From Vicugna vicugna (taxonomy: Eukaryota), in contig MU058205.1 in assembly GCA_013265495.1 (NCBI GenBank), forward strand, positions 446,312 to 510,311: 64,000 bases of DNA, written 5' to 3'. The number at the start of each line of letters is the position of its first letter. The stretch's first letter is position 1. The notes beneath the pieces are model-generated. The model had not been told where the DNA came from, did not search any database, and saw only the letters and a program-made list of their open reading frames with translations. Below are positions 52,392 to 64,000 of this stretch, in pieces. The position numbers and the translations under genes were made by a program.

Positions 52392-53340
52392 CTGCTCATA
52401 ATGAGGACAAAAGCCAATCAACAGAAACTGTTTCAGAAATTACTCAGATGACACAGGGAGTAGCAAATGACATTAAAACCATTATTAGAACATTCTCCGT
52501 AGATTCAAGGTGCTACAGCTGAGACTGAGTATGAACATGATCTCCATATCCCCAAGGTGAACTTGCAGAGATGAAACTACACTGCGTGACATGAAAATAC
52601 ACCAGATAGGATTGACAGCAGGTTAAACACTGCAGAAAAGATGAGTGACTTTGAAGACATGGCACTAGAAGAATATCCAAAATGAAACACAGGAGACAGG
52701 CAAGAAACAAACAGAGCAGCAGTTAGCCATGGGGTAAATTCAAGTGGCCCAAAATATATGTGATGGAGTCACCGAAGCAGAAAAGAGGGAGGGGCAGAAA
52801 GGATATTTGAAGAAATAATGGCTGCAAAAATTCCTAGTCTGATGAAAACTCTAAACTCACCAGCCAAAGAAGTTTAATAAAACTCGAGGACAAAACCGTG
52901 ACGAAAACCCCACGTCACAGCACATCACAATCAAACTTCTAAATCAATGACAAAGATAAAACCTTAAGAGCCGGCAGAGATAAAAAGACACATTGCACAC
53001 AAAGGGATGCAGAGAAGAATGGCAGCAAAATTTCTTATCAGAAGCAAACGATATAAACACTGCATTCAGAAAAAAACTGTTAACTGAGAAATCTAAACTT
53101 AGCAAAACTATCATTCAAGAGCGAAGGTGAAATAGACTTTTTATATGAAATAGACTTTTAATACGAAAGCTGAAAGAATTCGTCACCAGCAAACTACAAG
53201 ATCTGCTAAGGGAAGTCCTTTAGGCAAAAGGGAAATGACAGCACACGGAAATCTGAATTTACACCAGGGGCTGAGTCCTAGATATGGTAACTATGGGCGT
53301 CAATACCAAAAGCTTGATCTTATTGATATATCTATTTAAA
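52392..53340 (+). mobile_element. Ancient L1M ORF1-region remnant
   Basis: ATATTTGAAGAAATAATGGCTGCAAAAATTCC...GCACATCACAATCAAACTTCT...AAAGCTGAAAGAATTCGTCACCAGCA. Confidence 0.7.
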
Positions 53341-53374
53341 AGGGAATTTGCTGGCAAATGTGGTTTAAAAAAAA

Positions 53375-54015
53375 ACAACATAGCAGAATATACAGGAAAG
53401 AAATGCTGACCCGTGCTACAGCATGGCTATACCTTGAGGACCTTATATTCAGTGAAATAATCAGTCACAGAGGGACAAATGTGAGATTCCATTCACATGA
53501 GGTGCCCAGAGGAGTCAGATTTGTAGAGACAGAAAGTAGAATGATGGTTGTCAGGGGCTGGGGGTGAGGCGGATGGGAGTTGGTGTTTCACGAGTGCAGG
53601 GTGATATTTTTTGCAAGATGAGAAGAGTTCTGTGGATGGATGGTGGTGATGGTTACACAATGTGAACACAAGTGACCCTTGAACAATGTGGATTTGAACT
53701 GCATGGGTCCACTTAGACACAATTTTTAAAAATAAATATACAGTTGACCTCTGTTCTTACGGATTTCACATCCACAGATTCAACCAACCGCAGATCGAAG
53801 TTTCTGTGTTGTGTGGAATCCATGGATGTAGAAACCACGGAAACAGAGGGCCGACGGCACTACACTATTCTATAAAAGGAACTTGAGCATCCATGGATTT
53901 TGGTATCCATAGGGATTCCTGGGACCCATCCCTATGGGTATGGAGGGACTTAATGCCTCTGAAATGTACACTTCAGGATGGTAAATTTTATGTGTATTTT
54001 AGCACAATTTTAAAA
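53375..54015 (+). mobile_element. L1MB-type 3' end interrupted by a MER2/Tigger-type element (~53669-53950)
   Basis: GAGACAGAAAGTAGAATGATGGTTGTCAGGGGCTGG (L1MB); GACCCTTGAACAA...CCACAGATTCAACCAACCGCAGATCGAA...ACTTGAGCATCCATGGATTTTGGTATCC (Tigger). Confidence 0.75.
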
Positions 54016-54175
54016 AGAGAGGAGATTGCCTGCTTAAAGCAAAATTAGTAACAACGTCATGGGGCATATAACACATGCAGGAGCAGAAGAGCCACTGAAC
54101 AGTGGGTGGGGGAGGGTGGGGGTGAGCTGCTGGGAGGTTCTTACTCTCCATGGGATGGTGTATCACCTGAAGGTG

Positions 54176-54781
54176 TGTTAGAGCAGGCAGGTAGCGAGAT
54201 ATGAGCGGAGAAAGGAGCACACAGGGCAAAAGGCAGGAGACCCTCCATCATGGAAACAACAGGGGCCCCTGCACAGAAAAAGAAAAGCAGGAACCTCTGG
54301 GCCAATAAGCGGTCACACATTTTGGGGTGACGAGAGACCTGGAGGCCGACAAAGAAGGGTGGGAAAAGGCAGGAATCTCCAGTATCCGAATGTAACCTTT
54401 TGCTCATGGTGCCCTCATTACAATAAAATTAGCCTTGCAGATTAGAAGTACCCACCATGCACTGACGACATGACACTTCCGATCCAGACTAAATAAGGAC
54501 AAAACTCCCTCCTCCCTTTGGGAAGGTGGAGCTGGGATGAAAATCAGGGAATATGACCCCAAACCCTTCCGTCCCCAATGAATATTCTGCTCATTCATTT
54601 TTACACCCTATGTAACCAACTTGCCAAAGAAACTCAGGGCAGCCGCTCACCTGGTCCTGCCCACTCTCCCCTTGAGTGTACTGTCCAACCCTTAATAAAT
54701 CCTCACGTTACTGTCTTAATCTCCGTGTCCTGACTCTGAATTCTTTCTGTGATGGGACAAGAACCTAGACACCCAGCAACA
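54176..54781 (+). mobile_element. ERV1-class solo LTR
   Basis: TGTTAGAGCAGG...AATAAA (54694)...CAGCAACA. 4-bp TSD GGTG at 54172-54175 and 54782-54785. Confidence 0.85.
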
Positions 54782-57099
54782 GGTGGACTTTGATGAATTG
54801 AAAACCTTACTGTAAACCCCAAAACAACCACTAGAATAACCTTAGAAGTGTTACTCCTAATAAGCAAAAAGGAGATAAAACAGAGTCAGAAAAAAATGCC
54901 GCTGTCCACTGAAAAGGCTTAGAAGCAGGGATATCCCAGTAGCAGAGACCACAGGTGTTCACAAACACCAAGAATGATCAAAGTGTGTACTTTAAACACA
55001 CGCAGCCATGTCGGTTATACTTCAATTAAGTTGTTTAAAATAAAAGAAGAATGAGCTGCCTGGTCAGGCAAGAGCTCCTGTGGTCACTGTGTTGGTCACG
55101 GGCGTTTTTGTTACTACAGCTAACTTAGCCCGTCCTGACTAAACATTCCCTAACAACACACATGTCCAATGACAGAGGTAGTTCTGTTTGGTACTAGAAG
55201 GCAAATTGGTCCAGCGGCCACTGAGGGCTTTTCTATCTTGAAGATGTGAGTTATACATCACAGGTGTCACCAGGCTGGGTGTTTAACTAAGGTACCTCCT
55301 GCACCTAGGAGTCTAGATGGATGGATGCCCAGTGCCCTTCAGCCACTGTCCTTCTGCCCCACTGGTCCCTCCAGAGACAGCACTGTTCCCACCCATGTGG
55401 TTCTCTGCCCGTCCCAGGGTGCAGGAATCTCTGTGAGTCTGGCAGACACTGAGTTTCCTAATTGGTCGTTAAATGTGAGGCATTGCCAGGGAGCAAAAAG
55501 GAAAACACCAGGAGCTCCCAGGTCCCACTGACCTGAGGAGGAGTGGGCAGGATCTATTTTGGATGAAATAGACAGTTCTCCCCTCATTTCCCTTAGACAA
55601 ATCTCCAATGTGCTTGGGCTTTTGGAAACCACCCTGAAGAGAAAGGAGGAAATAACTGGAGAAAATACAAATTAATTTTGCAACAAGTTTTCCTTCCATA
55701 CAATCAACAGTACCTCAGAATCAAAGCAGGCTTCAAGAATATTTAGGAGAAATTTATTTTCCCCAAAAGATCCAAAGTTACTGAGATGCAAATAATCTTT
55801 CACATCATGATTCAAGGAAGTTTGGCTCCTCAAACCTCAGTTCTTGAGTATTTCCTTTTCCAGTTGTGATATGTGGCTTTATATTTACAAACTAAATGGC
55901 TTCTTTGGGTGTTTTTTCCAAAACAAATTGTCTTTCCCAAAGGCCTATCTAAGCATTCGTTTTCTGCAGAAAAGAAAACTGTTCTTAGCTTTGAAATAGT
56001 TGCTTAATTTTTATTTCTATACACCCTATCCATGTTTCACAAATTACGAGGTCCTGTTTCCATCAATAACCCACTTATTCTTTTCTTATCCACAGTAGTT
56101 TCTGACAGGAAGAAAACAAGTCATACAGAAGAGGATCACTGTCTTTATTCTGAAATAGTTCTAACCAGAGTCAGTCTGCTACACTCAGGAGTGTAAATCA
56201 AATCTGACTTGCAGAAAGCCAGACAAGAGGGCAACAACGTATCTGAGCCATTGAACAAGGGGTATGTACAAAATAATCCTAGGAAATTACAGGTCTCACC
56301 GTGTTTCAGCATGGGGCCTTCTCTGTGATTTAGAACCAAGGTTATCTATTTTCTATTAGAATCAGACAGAAAAGTAAAATGTAGAGCCAAAAAGCCATGG
56401 GGGAGGAGTGGGAAAGGCCTCCGAAAAGGTCAGATGCCAATTTGGAGGACAGAGCCAAATTGACTTGGAAAAAAAATGTATTTACTGGCATTTACCCCAC
56501 AGTCCAAGTCACCTGGGAGCTTAGCCAAGGCATATTTTTAGTATTCCACTATGTCTTTTGAACAAGGTTGGGTCTTTTAAGATACCACGCAGCCCTGATC
56601 ATGCTCCAATGGAGCAAAATCCGTACCAAAATTGTCTTTGTAAACGTTTATCTTCACATGTGCAACAGGAAATTCTGAATTCAGCTGCGCTCTTTAAGTC
56701 AAAATATTCAACCAATGACTCCTACCCTTAGAAATGCATCCGCAGCCGAGCGCCAAGAGATGCTTCCTGCCCACTGGCCACATTTCCCCAGGGTTGGGTG
56801 CAGAGGGGCCAACGTCTACAGGCTTCTGTCAGGTTTCCCCAGGCACCCGCTCCGCGCCACCGGCGGGCCTGGCAGGTTCAGGGTGAAAGCGCAGCCTCCC
56901 AGCAGGTAAGCCTGCCCCCCACCCCGCCCGCAGGGCTGGCCTCTGCCTGCACACCTGGGGCCACCGCCTTCTGGTTACACATTCACCGCGTTCCTGGGTT
57001 GGTCATTACAGCTTGAAGGAGTCTTTTCCTGGCTGAGAGCCCCAAATAATGACGACCCAGTCTTCACTGAGTCGGGCCAACTTGGCAAAGGACTGTCTT

Positions 57100-57800
57100 C
57101 CTCCCCAGTGCAGGCACTTGGCCTCCTGTGCCCGAGAGCTGGACCCCGCTGCCCCAGCCCTCCGTCACCCGCCAGCCTTTGGACCGCCCGCCCCTCCCCG
57201 GCCCTGCAGCCCGGGCTGGGCCAGCCGCACCCCTCCGCCCGCCCGGGTCTCCGCACCCGCCCGCACCCCGCCCCGCCCCGCCCCCCTCGCGCGCCCGCTC
57301 GGGCGTCCCTGCGCCCCCTGGTCCGACCCGCCCGGCCCCAGCGCGCAAGCGCGACCACCGGCGGGGGCCGGGCCTCGGGCCCCCTCCTCGCCGCCGCTCC
57401 TCCCCCTCCCCCTCCCCCGCGTCCTGACCGGCGGGGGGGTGGCGGCCGTGCGCCTGCGCGGAGCCGGCAGTCCGGCAGGGCCGCAGCCGCGGGGTGGCCG
57501 GCAGTTGCCGTGGGGACCGCGGGCCCCTCGCTCCTCGGGTCCCCTGCCCCTCGCCGTTCCGCACCGAGGCGCGGCGGACGACCCCGGCCTCCCCTGCCGC
57601 CGGCCCGGCCACAGCTGCAGCCGGTGAGCCGGCGAGAGGCGGTGCCGCTCCCAAGATGTCGCAGACGGCCATGTCCGAGACCTACGGTACGAGGCCGGGC
57701 GGGGGCCGGGGCCGGGGCCGGAGGGCTGGGGCGCGGGGCGCGGGCGGGGCGGGGGGCGCGGGCCGCGCTCTGTGTAGCCCGTGTGCGTGATCTGCTGCTC
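57100..57800 (+). promoter_or_regulatory. RAB4A: CpG-island promoter and 5'UTR of RAB4A
   Basis: Very high GC and CpG, tandem GC boxes (CCCCGCCCCGCCCC ~57266), NRF1-like TGCGCCTGCGCG (57449-57460), no TATA box. Confidence 0.9.
57656..57686 (+). CDS. RAB4A: RAB4A (Ras-related protein Rab-4A) coding exon 1
   Basis: ATG TCG CAG ACG GCC ATG TCC GAG ACC TAC G|GTACGA encodes MSQTAMSETY(D), the mammalian RAB4A N-terminus. Phase-1 GT donor at 57687. Confidence 0.95.
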
Positions 57801-59183
57801 CAAGTTTCCTCTTGCATTTTCTTTACGCCCGTGCGGTTTTCCTTTCTTAGTCTGATTTCAGTAGCTCAGGGCTTGGGAAGCCAATTCGACTTTCATCTGC
57901 GATATTGTCCCCAGCGAGGGATGTGAAGGACTTAGGGCGACGCCTGCATTTCAGTGTGCTCCTCGACTGTTGCAGTTTGGAATTCTGTTCTTTGCACTGG
58001 GATTACAGACGAGCAGTTATCGATAGGCGGCTTAACCCATTTCTTCCTTTGGAGACCTTTCCACGTTGTACTATGGCTGTTTTCAAACGTGGCTTTTTAA
58101 GATCATAAACACCTGGGACGCAAAGCCCGGGCTGCTTAACCTTTGCTTCCTCTGTAGCACCCACACCGGGAGGTGCTCCACAGAGATTTTTTTTTTGAAT
58201 AAACGAAAAAGCCTCCCCAATTCATAAACTGTGTGTTTTGTTTTTGTTTTAGTCCTACATGGTAAAAAAAAATAAATAAATAAACAAGACAGTACACCTC
58301 TGCTCTGTCTCAGGGTGGAGGAGGTGTTTGCCAGTCTGGAATCACCCTTTCAGATGTGTGCAGTCTCTGATTAGGTCTGATTTGGACTTTTCCAGTCCCA
58401 AGGGGAGGCTCAAGTTCAAAACTGTGTACTTCTTGTCATATCAGTCATGTCTCCTCCGTTTGTCCTGGCGTGCTGCTCCTTGCCGGTCAACAGAGAGGTG
58501 TGAATGGCTTTCTGGGCCGGCGTGGTGCTCCGACAGGTCGGGGTGCACGACAGGCACTGCTCTGGATGGACTCAGGGAGCTTACAGTCCGGTGGGGGATA
58601 CAGTGTTAATCCAATTACGACAGTAATGACTGATTAAAAACCCAGGCAGAGTTCTGAAGGAATGTGGTCTCTGAAGGTATGTTGGAAAGAAACCTGACCC
58701 AGACCTGGCCTGGGGAGGCATTAACCAGTCGGCACCTGCCCAGGCCCTGAGGAGTTCAGAGTTCCTTTCTTGGAAGGGGAGTGTGGTTTAGACCCACAGC
58801 CCCTGGGAGAGGGTCCTTCTCCTCAGGGGCGCATTTACTCCACCTTCAGCCATTCCTGGGTCTGGTACCTGCCTCTTGGTGACACTGGGAGCAGGACACC
58901 TGTTCCTGGAAGGCTTAGGAAACCCTACAGAAAGTCCCTGGCCTGTAAGCGTCAGGGCTGTCAGAGCTAATGCTCTAGCGGGTCGCATCCACGTGCTCTC
59001 TCTCTGTGGAGACCACAGTCAGATTTTGTAAAGAAAACCCATTTCTCCAGCAGATTTTCACTCTGCTTTTGCTTTTTCTTTATTTTCAATAGCTCCTTAC
59101 CCCATGCTTTTTTTTTTTTTTTTTCCCTTTGACCCGGATCAGGAGCACAGGGAGGGGTGGAAAGTTCAAGTAAGAAACCAAGC

Positions 59184-59374
59184 CTTGGGGCTGGGGAGGT
59201 AGAGCTCAGTGGTAGGGCACATACTTAGCATGCATGAGGTCCTGGGTTCAATCCCCAGTCCCTCCAGCAAAAATAATGATAAATAAATAGATAGACCTAC
59301 TTACCTCCTCCTCCCCCACCATTTTTTGGAAGGAAGGAAGGAGGGAGGGAGGGAGGGAAGGAAGGAAGGAAGGA
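59184..59374 (+). mobile_element. vic-1-like SINE with (GGAA)/(GGGA) microsatellite tail
   Basis: A and B boxes. TSD AAGAAACCAAGC at 59172-59183 and 59375-59386. Confidence 0.9.
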
Positions 59375-60637
59375 AAGAAACCAAGCAGGGTTTCTAAATT
59401 AGTGAGAAGGACTGGAAAACAGAGCTTTTGTTTCTTTTGTCTTATATGAAACGATAGCCTTGATGTAATATGGCATCTCCACTTCAGATGGAGTTCACGG
59501 AGCATCATGGATTGACTGATTCAATTCTGTTCATCAGACTTTGGCCTTTAGTATGCTTATTTCATGGTACCTTCCAAATATATTTTTACTTTTTACTAAC
59601 TGAATTTAATCCTTTCCTCTAATAGAGGAAATTAAACAGAATTAGTAAAAAAAAAAAAAAAACTAGTTTTAGAAAGAGCAAGTGTGGTACTTTGAAAATG
59701 CCAACCCAAAATAAGTCACCCCAAACCAAGTCCTAAGCTGTCACCTTCACTTACCATTGACACATTTGCACAACATTGTTTCCACAAAGTAAAAGTCCAG
59801 TTCCCTCCTCCTGGGCGTGTGCCTGTTAGTAGCTGGTGAAGGAATGTTTGCCTAATCTTTAAACTCCTTTGTGCCCTGTGCTTATGTTCTCTCTTCCGGA
59901 AAAGGAGTCTCTGTAGCTTGACAGGGATATGATGAAAAATAAAGAACCAATGTTGACAGTACTGTAACGTGCTGGATCAACACTGCTTTTCAGCATATTA
60001 AAGCAGTATTTCACCTTCCATTGACTGATTAGTGTTCCACATTTTGCTGCTCTGAAACCGTGAGCCACGTGAATACTATATGTTATGTAATACTTTATAT
60101 AATATTGTAATACAAAAAGTGAAATCTTGAACACATAGGTTCCTGATTGAAAATCGTCAGTCCGAATATCCCTAAACTGAAACAGTGTTTCCCAATCTTG
60201 TTAGATTCAGAACTTTCTCAAAGCCCCGGCCAGTTAGAATGGCTTGGGGCTCCCCGAGGGGCTCCAGCCATCTGAGACTTGGGAGATCACAGATTGGCCC
60301 TAAAGAATTTGTGATTCCAAAATGTGAGAGAGGAAACTAACAAATCAAGTAGGTGATAGCAAGCAGGGACATTCAGAAAAGAGCTAAAAAGTATAAGTGA
60401 TGTAGAAGATGCTGGCAGTTGAAGAGGAAAAATCTAAGACAAATCTCTGCCCATTGGAATTGATGCCTTCTACAGTGATAGCAGTTTATGAAGTAAGAAC
60501 ACAAATTGTAGCTTTTATTACAATATACTCTTAATATTTTTATTTTGTGCTTTATTTTGAAAGTATCATAGCACTTAGCACATCATTTTGAGAACTATCA
60601 GGATATTTTCTTTTAAAAATGTATCACTGTAGGCTGC

Positions 60638-61082
60638 TGTGAGTTGAGTTGTGTCCTCCGAAAGGTACGTTCAGGTCTAACCCCACGTAACCTGTGGATG
60701 TGACCTTATTTGGAAATAGGGTCTTTACAGATGTAATCACGTTAAGATGAGGTCATATTGGATTAGGGTGAGCTCTCATTCAGTGGGATCCTTATAAGAT
60801 GAGAGATACTTGGACTTAAACACATGCAGGGAAAGTGAAATGTGAAGACAGGCTGAGGTTGAAGTAATGTAGCTGCAAGCCAGGGGTCACCAAGGATGAC
60901 TGACAGCCGCCAGAAGCTAGGAAGAGGCAAGGAGGGGTCCTTCCCTGGAGTCTTCAGAGAACATGGCCCTGCTGACACCTTGACTTTGGACTTCTAGCCT
61001 AGATCCGTTGAGACAATAAATTTCTTTTTTAAGCCACCCGGTTTGTGGTATATTGTTACAGCAGTCATAGGAAACTAATATG
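60638..61082 (+). mobile_element. MaLR MLT1-type LTR
   Basis: GTTGAGTTGTGTCCTCC...GTGACCTTATTTGGAAATAGGGTCTTTACAGATGTAAT...TGTTACAGCAGTCATAGGAAACTAATA. Confidence 0.85.
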
Positions 61083-61565
61083 TAAGCTTCTGTAGTCGAA
61101 ATATGATTCAGGGAGAAATGGAGGCTTGATAAGGCAAGGTGGAGTGAGGAGGGTATTCTAGGCAAAGGAGATGACATCTTCAGAGTCACCTGGTTCCAAT
61201 AAAGTGTAAAATACCTTGCTGTTAGGGAGTCACCTAAAGTGCCATTGCTTTATTTCTTTGGACAGGGCATGTAAAAAACATCAGCAAATGAAGCATACCA
61301 TATCAGGATAAAGGACATTTCTCTGGGTTGAATGAATGTGTCGTTTTAAATGATTATACTCATCTTTTTCCCATTCATTGAAAATTGGTGAAACAAGGAC
61401 CAAAGTTTGGGGAACACTACAACTGTGGTTCTCCAGTGACTGTGCCCTGAGCACCCTGGCGTGCCGATTCCGGTTCAGCATGGTCGGCTCCGCACCCGAC
61501 CAGCTCCCAGGCCATGCGGGTGCTGTTGTTCCAGGGACCGCGATTGCATTCGAGACGCTATACAT

Positions 61566-61722
61566 GGGGGGAGGATGCAGCTCAGTGGTAGCGCGCATGC
61601 TCAGCACACACGAGGTCCTGGGCTCAATCCCTAGTCCCTCCTCTAAATAAATAAGCAAAACCCAGTTACCTCCGCCTCCAAAAACAAATAAACAACAACG
61701 AAACAACAGCAACAACAAGAAA
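61566..61722 (+). mobile_element. vic-1-like SINE next to a MER5-like fragment (~61420-61545)
   Basis: AGCTCAGTGGTAG...GAGGTCCTGGGCTCAATCCC; flanks AGAC(G/A)CTATAC. Confidence 0.8.
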
Positions 61723-62047
61723 GACACTATACTATATTAATGCCTCCATGCCATAGAACTGGGAAAACATCGTTCTTTGGAAAATCAAAAGTTTATGATC
61801 ATTTCTCTTGATCATTTGAACTACAAAGCCTTCCAGTCCTTGCCTGTCACTTGCCTTTCTCTGAAGTCTCCTAAGTATGTTAGTCGCGTCAGTCCCTCAG
61901 GATAAGGATCTTGTCTTCAGCTCCCTCACTGTTCCTTTTGGGTGGCCCAGGGGCATCCTGGTACATGTCCCAAACCGAGCTGGCTGCCCACCGCTGCTTC
62001 CTGGTCTCCCGTTGTTCTCGCGCGCCCATCGCCTGAGAGAGGATCTC

Positions 62048-62400
62048 TTTTTCAGTGAAGTATAGTTGATTTACAATGTTGTGTTAGTTTCAAATGTACA
62101 ACAAAGTGATTCATTTATACACATATATATACTCCCTCAGATTCTTTCCCATGATAGGTTATTACAAGACATTGACTACAGTTCCCTGTGCTGTATGGTA
62201 GGGCCTTGTTGTTTGTCTATTTTACGTATAGTAGTGTGTGTATGTTAATCCCAAACTCCCAATTTATGCCTCCTCCCCTCCCTTTTCCCCTTTGGTGACC
62301 GTAGTCTGTTTTCTACGTCTGTGAGTCTGTTTCTGGTTTGTAAATAGGTTCATTTGTGTCATTTTTTTTTTTAAAGATTCCACATATAAGAGATATCATA
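62048..62400 (-). mobile_element. Young L1 3'UTR fragment
   Basis: TGAAGTATAGTTGATTTACAATGTTGTGTTAGTTTC...AGTTCCCTGTGCTGTA...AGATTCCACATATAAG. Confidence 0.85.
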
Positions 62401-63159
62401 CCTTTACTCTGAATATTTCTTTGGAGTGAGAAGGGAGCTGCTGCTGTTTCTCTCCTTTCTTCTCTTAAACCATCCTCTAGAGATCAGTCAGACTGATGTA
62501 ATTAGGGTTTATTCCCCATTCCTAATAACTCCATTAGAATATTTGCCAGTAAAAATAATTTGAGGGAAAACCTTTGACTCTTCTGCATCCTGTAACTTGT
62601 CTTTGGACGTCACTGCTTTCTCTGCCAGCCTAATCTTGGGAACAGACTGAATTCCATTTGTCTGAAGAACACTTGACTTCTGCTTCTCTGCAGCTGTGAA
62701 TATGGATCAAAAGCTAGAATGACGTGCAGGGTATTATCATTTAAACGCTGGATAAAGTAAGGCAGATGTAAAGGGTAGCACACTGCAACACAACACGTCA
62801 GTCAAATTAACGCTGTCTGCAAATCACCTTCCCTTGTAATCCCTGCTAAGCTTTCTAAGCAAACATAAGTTCATGCTGAGAGAGATTTGGCCAATATAAA
62901 TAAATCCCTGATAGTGCCGATATGATACGTGGAGGACTCGTCCTTTGTTATTCTGCCACAGCCAAATGCAACCCTCCTCGACTCAGATTGGTGAATGCTT
63001 GTATGACAACACTTAGTGATCTTTGTCTTTTAATACTTTCTTTCTCATGGGCTGTGTTTCTGGCATTTAAGAAGTCTTAAAAAGCAGCTGATGATAGTTA
63101 GATATGAGGGAGGATACTATTCATAAAGTGCTAATAAATTATGAATAAGAGGATGAGGT

Positions 63160-63400
63160 GGGGGAGGATATAGCTCAAATGGTAGAACGCCTGCTTTAGC
63201 ATGCACAAGGTCCTGGGTTCAATCTCCAGTCAATCCTCAAAATAAATAAATAAATAAATAAACCTAATTACCACTCCCTACCAAAAAAAAATATGAAAAC
63301 GAATATATGTATGTGTATGCAAGACTGGGACATAGTGCTGCACACCAGAAACTGACACACAGTAATTGACTGTACTTCAATAAAAAATGAAAATTAAAAA
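63160..63400 (+). mobile_element. vic-1-like SINE directly followed by an L1 3' terminal segment
   Basis: SINE head and body to ~63282, an A-run, then TATGAAAACGAATATATGTATG...CTGTACTTCAATAAAAAA. Confidence 0.8.
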
Positions 63401-64000
63401 GAGGGTATATTTTAGAGGGAGGTTTATCATTTTTCAAATATGAATGTTTAATCTTCCAGAAAAGAAACTGGGGACTTAAAAACACAGCCTCTCTCCCTCT
63501 TTTGTTGTAATTAAAAATATTATTATGTAATTAAGAATATTACTAAGATGTGCTCACTCAGTTACAGTACTGTGGCTTTGGTTCACTTGCTTACATTGGT
63601 TATTACCAGAGTCCTCATAAAATAAACACCCCATCTTTGCTGCAGGGACTTGGCAGATCTGATTTGCACTTCAGTCAACTCCCCATTGTGACAAAGCATA
63701 TCTCTTTCAAGACTAGACCGCAAGCTCTTTGAAAGCAGGGGACCGCTCACGTGGCTTCCCGACCCGTTCCCGACCACAGCCATCAGGGAGTGCTGGGCGA
63801 GCCTTTGGTCTGATTCTGCTTGGGAGGGGGTGTATTATCCTCTCAGTTACAGAATATGAAGCAAAAAGCCAGGATGAAAAGGACACCCAACTTGAGGATG
63901 TACTTTAATTCTTGTCTTTATGGTAGAAGTCGAACAGTTTTTATATTGTGTGTTATATAAATGCAAATCTAATGAACACCTCTTCACAGACCACGTTGTC

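Larger units (their letters stand above)
57687..64000 (+). other. RAB4A: RAB4A intron 1 (exon 2 not found in window)
   Basis: Starts with the GT donor. No sequence encoding (D)FLFKFLVIGNAG seen downstream. Confidence 0.85.

Noticed and set aside
26600..57000. An additional gene or antisense lncRNA upstream of RAB4A
   Set aside because: No recognisable coding sequence. lncRNA exons cannot be supported from sequence alone.
57494..57655. GTG-initiated in-frame extension upstream of the RAB4A ATG
   Set aside because: Absence of stops is expected at this GC content. No evidence of translation, and the transcription start is unknown.
57695..57765. G-quadruplex-like G-runs
   Set aside because: Common at the 5' end of first introns in CpG-island genes; not distinctive alone.
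56975..57926. Long overlapping ORFs (192-280 aa) on both strands
   Set aside because: Low-complexity Pro/Arg/Gly/Ala frames expected in a stop-poor CpG island. Only the RAB4A exon is recognisable.

Overview
Mammalian genomic DNA, most likely a camelid, judged from about 14 copies of a tRNA-derived SINE resembling camelid vic-1 plus cetartiodactyl-type L1 3' ends. The first ~57 kb are repeat-rich intergenic sequence (L1, L2, MIR, MaLR and ERV1 solo LTRs, DNA-transposon fossils). They lead to a CpG-island promoter and coding exon 1 of RAB4A (MSQTAMSETY|D, 57656-57686), followed by intron 1. No other protein-coding gene is supportable; the ORF track is mostly noise or L1 remnants. The main observations are: (1) an exact-period 5,279-bp head-to-tail duplication (16040-26597, ~99.5% identical); (2) three TSD-flanked retroposed insertions suggesting an L1-derived lineage that carries a non-standard 3' tail and re-mobilises an ancient L1MC1-like fossil; (3) local patches where repeats show almost only A/T-to-G/C changes, as expected from GC-biased gene conversion; (4) an LTR with octamer, CCAAT, STAT and TATA motifs. 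Repeat family names come from recalled consensus similarity, and boundaries without a TSD are approximate. I see no convincing new multi-gene system.
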